From a virus (Duplodnaviria; Heunggongvirae; Uroviricota; Caudoviricetes): DNA of 6,166 nucleotides. The notes under the pieces are model-generated. The model searched no databases. It was not told where the DNA came from and saw nothing but the letters and a program-made list of their open reading frames with translations. The position numbers and the translations under genes were made by a program. Positions 1 to 5,094 of this stretch are shown here, piece after piece (the stretch's first letter is position 1; each line of letters begins with the position of its first letter). The stretch is taken from IMG/VR virus record IMGVR_UViG_2675903536_000005; one strand, written 5' to 3'.

Positions 1-130
1 CAGGCTTCACTTTAAAGTACGGCGGGTCCGTGACTATCAGGTCAACAGAATTTTCGGGTAACGACCGGATAAATTCCAGGCAGTCGGCGTTGATTAATTC
101 ACGACTGGATATTTTTACAGTATTAAACAT
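1..130 (-). CDS. DNA methyltransferase, beta-class amino-MTase (N6-adenine or N4-cytosine), N-terminal 43 codons only; gene continues beyond window start
   Basis: Minus-strand ATG at 130-128, first in-frame start after upstream stops. Translation MFNTVKISSRELINADCLEFIRSLPENSVDLIVTDPPYFKVKP carries the DPPY catalytic motif near the N-terminus, the order typical of beta-class MTases (CcrM/M.HinfI-like N-terminus by recall). Absent from the ORF track because it is truncated at the window edge. Weak SD. Confidence 0.8.
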   Translation of the reverse strand, partial: MFNTVKISSRELINADCLEFIRSLPENSVDLIVTDPPYFKVKP

Positions 131-267
131 GGATCATTAAGCCTGTCTCTGATAGGCTCATACCGCTTTTGCGCAAAGCAGATGGGCCTGAGGTTTGCTT
201 GTGATCCGGACGCATGAGCAGATGGCTGGTGAGTGCCCCTAACACCCACCAGCCGCCCATTTACCAC

Positions 268-295
268 AAATAAAAAAGCCTTCAGGACTGAAGGC
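268..295 (-). terminator. Rho-independent terminator downstream of the small wHTH gene
   Basis: 7-bp stem gccttca(278-284)/tgaaggc(289-295) with 4-nt loop; on the minus strand it is followed by TTTTTTATTT (277->268). The stop codon of the 282..479 gene lies within the stem. Confidence 0.6.
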
Positions 296-479
296 GTCTG
301 TAACAACCGAACTGATAGTCTGCCAGACCCGCCATAACAAGCTGGGTCAGTATTAACTGGCAGCGTTCACGTGAAAGATAAGTATTCTGCGCAATCTCCC
401 CGACTGTCGCCGGTTCGGTGGCACTTAATTCATTAAACACCACTCTGGCGGTTTCGGTCATATCCTGCTGTTTCAGCAT
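282..479 (-). CDS. Small winged-helix/HTH DNA-binding protein (about 65 aa), function unknown; possible regulator paired with the downstream MTase
   Basis: ORF-track ORF 282..515 begins at TTG; the internal ATG at 479 is preferred because GGGA lies 7 nt upstream (aaaaGGGAaaaagacATG). Product MLKQQDMTETARVVFNELSATEPATVGEIAQNTYLSRERCQLILTQLVMAGLADYQFGCYRRLQS has a wHTH-like pattern (TVGEIAQ...LSRERCQLILTQLVMAGL). Exact family not recognised. Confidence 0.5.
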   Translation of the reverse strand: MLKQQDMTETARVVFNELSATEPATVGEIAQNTYLSRERCQLILTQLVMAGLADYQFGCYRRLQS

Positions 480-601
480 GTCTTTTTCCCTTTTCCGGTT
501 AACGTGACACACCAATAACTCTTGTCAAAAAAGCCAGCAAGCTGAAAGACCGGTATTCACCGCCGCCAGCGCGTTTACTGTACTGGACCGATTTCAGCCA
601 T

Positions 602-626
602 AAAAAAACCCGCTCGCGGCGGGTTT
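602..626 (-). terminator. Rho-independent terminator (minus-strand orientation) at the left boundary of the low-GC cargo
   Basis: GC-rich stem cccgc(609-613)/gcggg(619-623), 5-nt loop, extendable by 3 A-T pairs; on the minus strand it is followed by a run of 7 T (complement of A602-A608). On the plus strand only TTT follows, so it is mainly unidirectional. Confidence 0.55.
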
Positions 627-671
627 AAGCTGTGTGGCGAAGTAACCACTCTTAACACGATACAATAGTTT

Positions 672-700
672 TTGCGTACGCGTTAGTGGTTATGTAAACT
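672..700 (+). promoter_or_regulatory. Candidate sigma70 promoter for the cargo operon
   Basis: TTGCGT (672-677), 17-bp spacer, TG-n-TAAACT (693-700, extended -10-like), about 40 bp upstream of the ATG at 740. Sequence inspection only. Confidence 0.25.
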
Positions 701-739
701 TTCTCCATATAAAAACAGCAAAGAAGCGGATATTTTGAA

Positions 740-1768
740 ATGGCTACACTGGACGCATTCAGTAGAGTAATAACTCATCATACTATTACGATCGATACAC
801 AATACCGTACACAGAAAATTGATGATAGCATCAGATCGAACTGTGTTTGCCCGGTACCAACAATGCGTGAACTTGCTTCTAAAATAGTACGTTGTAAAGC
901 AATGATGCACAGTTATGAAAAAGGAGACTTAGTTTTAACTTTACAAGATGTAATATTCTTATCAAACAGAGCCGATAAAAAACCCAGCCATCTTGGTCTT
1001 TTAATTAATGCTGTAGATAAAAATGGAAGCACTACTGTATTAAAAAACATTAATACAGATGTTCGCACCGAAATATCACCAAAACATGAGGAAGGTGAAG
1101 GTTACGAAGTTTCTTCTCATATGATTATTTCTCTAGACGGAAATATGCGAACGTATGACATGAGTTTTATGCCAATACCAGGAGTTTCCACAGCAAAAAT
1201 AAATGGTTTCCTGAATAAAGTTCTCTTTAACGTAGCCAAAGATAATGAAGATATCTTTTCATGTCACACTTTAACAAATGAAGTGTCAAGTTTAACAAAG
1301 AAAAAAATAAAAGTATTATACAAGCCAGTCTTTGATATATCTGGAAAGTTAGATGAAGATTTGTTCAATAAAATAAATAAAGAAGGACTTTCTGATGTCG
1401 TTTTGGTAAAGAATGAATACAGAACTATTAATGCGCCAGATGTTAACGCGGCTATTATTCCTAAAGAAAGTACTTTACGCTTAGTACCAAACCATGGCCC
1501 CAACAATGTCCTTGGATGGATAAAATCTGTCTCAAACTTCTTTAAAGAAGATAAAAATGGAGGTTATGACTTAATAAAAATAAAATTCAAAGAGCCAGAG
1601 ACAGGATTCACAAGACAAGTTGACCTTCAAACTTCAAATGTAAGGCTGGATGGGCTGGAAAAAACATTTATCAAAAAGAGTGTAATAAATGGTTTTTCTT
1701 CGCGCTTAAAGGATTCTTATGATAGTATTAACATGGAGTTTGTGAATAAGATTATCGAGGTCATGTGA
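740..1768 (+). CDS. Cargo gene 1: 342-aa soluble hypothetical protein, candidate sensor/partner of the membrane protein (possible distant RexA-like)
   Basis: Long ORF in a markedly AT-rich block. No transmembrane segment, no signal peptide, no Walker A, no convincing nucleotidyltransferase or nuclease motif seen. Weak SD at the ATG at 740. Tightly linked to gene 2 (stop 1766-1768, next ATG at 1776). Confidence 0.7.
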   Translation: MATLDAFSRVITHHTITIDTQYRTQKIDDSIRSNCVCPVPTMRELASKIVRCKAMMHSYEKGDLVLTLQDVIFLSNRADKKPSHLGLLINAVDKNGSTTVLKNINTDVRTEISPKHEEGEGYEVSSHMIISLDGNMRTYDMSFMPIPGVSTAKINGFLNKVLFNVAKDNEDIFSCHTLTNEVSSLTKKKIKVLYKPVFDISGKLDEDLFNKINKEGLSDVVLVKNEYRTINAPDVNAAIIPKESTLRLVPNHGPNNVLGWIKSVSNFFKEDKNGGYDLIKIKFKEPETGFTRQVDLQTSNVRLDGLEKTFIKKSVINGFSSRLKDSYDSINMEFVNKIIEVM

Positions 1769-1775
1769 GGCTAAT

Positions 1776-2351
1776 ATGATTAGTATATTTTCACATTTAT
1801 TTAGACCGTTTGGTTACCTTTTCATTAAGGGAATTAGTGGTAAGTGCGCATACGATTTTTATGCACCTGCCGGGCTTGCTGTGATTTCTTTTTTTTACTT
1901 TTATTTATTTAAAATACCTACATCAGACCTACTAAAAGATGGCGGCTTTATTAAGTCTATATCTGGATTTGTATCAAATCTGCCAGGTTTTTATATAGCA
2001 GCTCTTGCAGCAATAGCCACTTTCAACAGAGAACAAATTGACTACCCTCTGATAGGAACTAATGGCACTCCTTTTATTAAAATTACACGAACAAAAGAAA
2101 ATGGTAGAATTGTTGACACTCAAGAGAAACTTACCAGAAGATTATTTCTGTGCATGTTATTTTCATTTTTAACTGCCCTCAGCATATGCATAGTGATTTT
2201 CAACGCTTTTATCACACCACTAATAAACATACTGAATAATGATATAGCAAACTGGTGCTATATCATTATCTTTTTATTCCTTACATGGCAAATGCTTGTT
2301 TCAACATTTTTTGGACTATACTATCTTGGTGATAGGATTCACATTAATTAA
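1776..2351 (+). CDS. Cargo gene 2: 191-aa integral membrane protein with four predicted TM helices (RexB-like topology), candidate effector/channel
   Basis: SD GAGG at 1767-1770 overlapping the gene 1 stop, 5 nt before ATG 1776. Hydrophobic segments YAPAGLAVISFFYFYLF, FVSNLPGFYIAALAAIATF, LFLCMLFSFLTALSICIVIFNAFI and WCYIIIFLFLTWQMLVSTFFGLYYL, with a charged loop between TM2 and TM3. Local pattern (LFxxIP...DG...IAALAAIATF) resembles lambda RexB (IAILIAALTF) from memory. Confidence 0.75.
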   Translation: MISIFSHLFRPFGYLFIKGISGKCAYDFYAPAGLAVISFFYFYLFKIPTSDLLKDGGFIKSISGFVSNLPGFYIAALAAIATFNREQIDYPLIGTNGTPFIKITRTKENGRIVDTQEKLTRRLFLCMLFSFLTALSICIVIFNAFITPLINILNNDIANWCYIIIFLFLTWQMLVSTFFGLYYLGDRIHIN

Positions 2352-2706
2352 CTACCATAATGGGGTTTATAGTTATTATTACACCGCTGATAAACCCCAT
2401 GGCAGTCTGCAATTCCTTCCTAATTGTGCCATCTGAACATCTTCTCTTCTTGGCAATAGTGCGTAATGAGATACCAATAACAAAGTGAGCTATGATCAGC
2501 TCATATTCCTCTGGTTTATACTTTCGCAACCGAGCCACACAACCGTCTATCATGATGCCTTCATCATCATCACACTGGAGACATGACTTTTTACCGTGTG
2601 GTAAAAGTCCCTTGAAACCAGCCGCTATCGGCTGCCAGTCCACACCACTATTTTCTGCTGCAGCCCATGCTCCCCAGCGGTCCAATACTTCATACATATC
2701 ACGCAT
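2344..2706 (-). CDS. Q: Late-gene antitermination protein Q (QuuD/phage-82-type short Q family)
   Basis: Translation from ATG 2706 (SD GGAG 7 nt upstream): MRDMYEVLDRWGAWAAAENSGVDWQPIAAGFKGL...CLQCDDDEGIMIDGCVARLRKY...CSDGTIRKELQTAMGFISGV...MVVN. The pattern matches the DLP12 QuuD-type Q protein as recalled (RWGAWAA, IAAGFKGL, CxDDxG, GCxARL, CSDG). The track ORF starts 5 codons earlier at TTG. Confidence 0.85.
   Translation of the reverse strand: MRDMYEVLDRWGAWAAAENSGVDWQPIAAGFKGLLPHGKKSCLQCDDDEGIMIDGCVARLRKYKPEEYELIIAHFVIGISLRTIAKKRRCSDGTIRKELQTAMGFISGVIITINPIMVVN
2360..2400. repeat. Perfect 11-bp inverted repeat with 19-nt spacer at the Q/cargo junction
   Basis: ATGGGGTTTAT (2360-2370) and ATAAACCCCAT (2390-2400) are exact reverse complements; it lies within the last codons of Q, immediately next to the convergent 3' end of cargo gene 2. 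Confidence 0.9.
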
Positions 2707-2723
2707 CAACTTTCTCCACAAAA

Positions 2724-3713
2724 TCAGGACAGCACACCAATCGCCAGCGCGCGATCGATAAAACGAAATATCAGCTCCAGTTGGGAACCATACTTCTCTT
2801 CAAATGCCACGGTATCCGCATGCAGTTCGTCATGGTGTTTTCTGCACAAAGGCAACACAAAAAGGTCATGCGCTTTAGTACCCATTCCACCCTGACCATG
2901 GCCAATCAGGTGATGCGGATCGTCGGCTGGCTTACCACAACATGCACACGGCTGCGTCTTAACCCAGCGCGTGTACTTTTCATTAACCCAGCGACGACGT
3001 TTGGGGCGTAACATAAAAGACTCCGGCGACTCCGGATCCACTTTCAGCGCCAGCACCTTTTTCGCTTTATCCTGGATAATGCTGGTGGCAGGAACCGAAG
3101 GCACAAGGTCACTCTCCCGGGTGACAGACGGCAAAACAGGCTTCGGTAATCTCAGGGCCTTACGGGCTGCACTTTCCGGTAAGGCATCCGCCAGGTCATT
3201 ACGAACCAGCCACCAGCACAGTTCCGGCATTGTCACAACGTGACTGTCATCAAAACCAAGATCACGGCGCACAACAGACAACACCCAGCGGGCACAGTTA
3301 TCCGTTGCCATTGATTCCAGCCGTTCCGTGAACTGGTCACGGAGAAGATTGTCACAGTGCCAGCACAGACGGATTGCGCCCGGAGCGTGTCGCATTGTGG
3401 TCATGTTCTCGCTGTGCCAGTCGGAATGAGGCCACTGGCAGCCTTTTTCACGAAGTAACCAGCTTTCAAGACATTCCACGCCACCAGCACGACGGATCAC
3501 TGCCTCATTGCGGAACACGGCCCGAACGGCAAGATCATCCGCCAGCGGTTGTGATGCCGCCGGAACGGCACCACTGGCGAAAGATGAATAACGTTCCGGC
3601 TCAGGCTCCAGCAGGACACGCCCCTGCATAAACAAGGGCATCAGCTCTGAACCTGGTCTGAACAATACGATCCCCATACGCGGGGCAATTTCAGGGGTCA
3701 GTAGTGCTCTCAC
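2724..3713 (-). CDS. DUF968-like prophage protein with C-terminal HNH-like Cys/His zinc motif (YdfU-like)
   Basis: C-terminus CACCGKPADDPHHLIGHGQGGMGTKAHDLFVLPLCRKHHDELH shows CxxC...HH...PLCxxHH...H, typical of HNH-type/DUF968 proteins found next to Q in lambdoid prophages. Start ambiguous: GTG 3719 (track), GTG 3713 (preferred, SD GAGG 5 nt upstream) or ATG 3677. Confidence 0.7.
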   Translation of the reverse strand: MRALLTPEIAPRMGIVLFRPGSELMPLFMQGRVLLEPEPERYSSFASGAVPAASQPLADDLAVRAVFRNEAVIRRAGGVECLESWLLREKGCQWPHSDWHSENMTTMRHAPGAIRLCWHCDNLLRDQFTERLESMATDNCARWVLSVVRRDLGFDDSHVVTMPELCWWLVRNDLADALPESAARKALRLPKPVLPSVTRESDLVPSVPATSIIQDKAKKVLALKVDPESPESFMLRPKRRRWVNEKYTRWVKTQPCACCGKPADDPHHLIGHGQGGMGTKAHDLFVLPLCRKHHDELHADTVAFEEKYGSQLELIFRFIDRALAIGVLS

Positions 3714-3720
3714 GGTCACC

Positions 3721-4536
3721 TCAATGAACGGTATCGAGCAGCTTTAACAGCTCAGGGAATCGGGATTCGAAGAAATGCGGCTGCGTCTCGCGCGGATTTG
3801 CAGGACTGGTGATGTTCTTGCCGAACATGCAGCCTTTCGCGGTCAGCGACCAGAATTTTTTGATGTTGTTAATCGCGGTACGACTGTATCGTTCGCGTTG
3901 TTCAACGATCCCCAGCTTCGCCATCTGGTGATATGCCTGATTAGCCGTCAGGCGGATACCATACTGCTTCAGCAGTGCACTCAGCGACAGCGTAGGGCGG
4001 CTTGAACCATCTGGCGCATCAGCAGGTGCATCAATGGCATAGATCGGCATAAGTTCAGGAAGACCAGCTACCTTTGATAATTTCTGGTATGCACCAAGTT
4101 TCGAGGAGTTTGACAGATTTAGAGTCTTTGCTGCTGATTCAAGCAGAATGACCCCGGATTTAATTTTGTCGGATGTGGTTTCTTCTGGTGATGAATTATG
4201 AAGCGCATCAAAAGTACGTATCACTTTTAAGCTGAATGCCGGGCTGATCCACATTGCATATGCATAGACCAGCTCTTTACAGACATACGTCCCACCATTG
4301 CGCCCCTGAATGGTGATGACAGGAATACTACGGGAATCTCCCGTAGTTTCTTCTTCCAATAATTCCACAAGAGCCTTCGTTTCAGGACGACGCATAAACT
4401 CGTGAACTTCCAGCGAACGGGAGGAGCGATTCTCACCAGCGGCAAGAAGAGCAGCTTTCTGAAGGTCGTTAAGACAGTAGTTAGATTCGAAGTACTGGCG
4501 CACAGAAACGCCATCAATTACAAGCAACTGATTCAT
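3721..4536 (-). CDS. KilA-N domain protein with KilAC-like C-terminal domain (putative phage antirepressor)
   Basis: ATG 4536 with SD GGAG 6 nt upstream (track ORF starts 4 codons earlier at GTG). N-terminal region has the KilA-N signature (ITIQGRNGGTYVCKELVYAYAMWISPAFSLKVIRTFDAL); C-terminal part (LSALLKQYGIRLT...KKFWSLTAKG) resembles Ant/KilAC C-domains by recall. Confidence 0.75.
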   Translation of the reverse strand: MNQLLVIDGVSVRQYFESNYCLNDLQKAALLAAGENRSSRSLEVHEFMRRPETKALVELLEEETTGDSRSIPVITIQGRNGGTYVCKELVYAYAMWISPAFSLKVIRTFDALHNSSPEETTSDKIKSGVILLESAAKTLNLSNSSKLGAYQKLSKVAGLPELMPIYAIDAPADAPDGSSRPTLSLSALLKQYGIRLTANQAYHQMAKLGIVEQRERYSRTAINNIKKFWSLTAKGCMFGKNITSPANPRETQPHFFESRFPELLKLLDTVH

Positions 4537-4633
4537 TGGTTTCTCCACAAATTTTTATCCACGAGCGGGACTGCACTCCCTTTTCGTTGATGCAGGATGA
4601 ACTTACTGCGATTTTTAATAGTTATCAAGGATA

Positions 4634-4653
4634 CACTGTTCATAAATACAGTA
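4634..4653. promoter_or_regulatory. LexA (SOS) box, CTGT-N8-ACAG, in the intergenic region upstream of the KilA-N antirepressor gene
   Basis: caCTGTtcataaatACAGta at 4634-4653 matches the E. coli SOS-box consensus taCTGT(at)4ACAGta in both half-sites with an AT-rich spacer. It lies about 100 bp upstream of ATG 4536, adjacent to candidate minus-strand promoter elements (TTGATA 4628-4623, TAAGTT 4605-4600). Confidence 0.6.
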
Positions 4654-4698
4654 TCTTTAACGAGGTAATACCCAAATTTAGGGTGTTGCTCAATTCCG

Positions 4699-5094
4699 TT
4701 ACCGAGTTGCTAATTTGCAACTCGCTTTTTCGTACTTACTGATAGTGATCTCGACCTTCCCCTCCGGGATAACCGGTCCCCACTCCACCAGCATTCTTTT
4801 CACCTGACTGTCGTCTTCCCACACACCCGCGTGGGTCAGGGCGTCAAACAGCGCCTTGTTATAGTTGTCCAGATCACGGATCCGGTTATCCGGAGGAAAC
4901 AACACGATCTCCACTGAAGCAGGTGCCGACGTTGGTTTTGGCAGACGACGTAACTGCTCAACTATTGCTGCACACGCCGCGCTCTGGAATTTTCGCCCCG
5001 CCGCGCTTATCAGGCTCTTACCAGCAAACGCCCCTTTGTTGGGGTGTCGCCAGTACGTGTTCACGCTGGGCGGAAAAGGCAGGATCAGCTTCAT
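4699..5094 (-). CDS. rusA: RusA-family Holliday junction resolvase (crossover junction endodeoxyribonuclease)
   Basis: 131-aa product aligns by eye to E. coli RusA: PFPPSVNTYWRH (RusA LPWPPSNNRYYRH), RDLDNYNKALFDALTHAGVWEDDSQV (RusA [26 protein letters not shown]). Start ATG overlaps the upstream stop (ATGA). About 7 residues longer at the C-terminus than canonical RusA. Confidence 0.9.
   Translation of the reverse strand: MKLILPFPPSVNTYWRHPNKGAFAGKSLISAAGRKFQSAACAAIVEQLRRLPKPTSAPASVEIVLFPPDNRIRDLDNYNKALFDALTHAGVWEDDSQVKRMLVEWGPVIPEGKVEITISKYEKASCKLATR
4703..4730 (+). terminator. Terminator-like hairpin plus T5 in plus-strand orientation, embedded in the 3' end of rusA
   Basis: 8-bp stem cgagttgc(4703-4710)/gcaactcg(4717-4724), 6-nt loop, followed on the plus strand by cTTTTTcg (4725-4732). 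It overlaps the last 8 codons of the minus-strand rusA ORF. No plus-strand gene is evident, so function is uncertain. Confidence 0.3.

Noticed and set aside
115-306. 63-aa minus-strand ORF spanning the terminator and the MTase start
   Set aside because: It crosses an intrinsic terminator hairpin and overlaps the MTase start in another frame, with no SD; most likely non-coding intergenic sequence.
524-529. Perfect -35 hexamer TTGACA on the minus strand upstream of the wHTH gene
   Set aside because: No acceptable -10 at 16-19 bp spacing (CACGTT/ACGTTA), so I could not support a promoter call; kept only as a note in findings.
1035-1050. Second SOS-box-like string CTGTattaaaaaACAT inside cargo gene 1
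   Set aside because: The right half-site is ACAT rather than ACAG and it lies within coding sequence, so it is probably a chance match in AT-rich DNA.
835-1140. Possible CD-NTase/nucleotidyltransferase signature in cargo gene 1 (GS...D around NGSTTVLKNINTDVRTE), which would suggest CBASS
   Set aside because: The acidic residues do not form the h[DE]h[DE]h pattern (DVRTE has the wrong spacing) and no third catalytic acidic residue is apparent, so CBASS/Pycsar cyclase identity is not supported.
683-1506. Minus-strand ORFs 683..910 and 1264..1506 inside cargo gene 1
   Set aside because: Antisense to the long plus-strand ORF; AT-rich DNA readily gives such ORFs, and no start context or motif supports them.
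3762-3772. tRNA T-arm-like string GGGATTCGAAG (also near 4485-4493)
   Set aside because: Both copies fall inside the KilA-N coding frame where they encode repeated F-E-S tripeptides (YFESNY, FFESRF); no cloverleaf can be built around them.
2492-4590. Plus-strand ORFs 2492..2761, 2667..3011, 2971..3243, 3374..3631, 3775..4005, 4402..4590 and minus-strand ORF 4227..4517
   Set aside because: All are embedded in or antisense to the Q, DUF968 and KilA-N genes, which have recognisable domain signatures and good ribosome-binding sites; none has its own SD or a recognisable motif.
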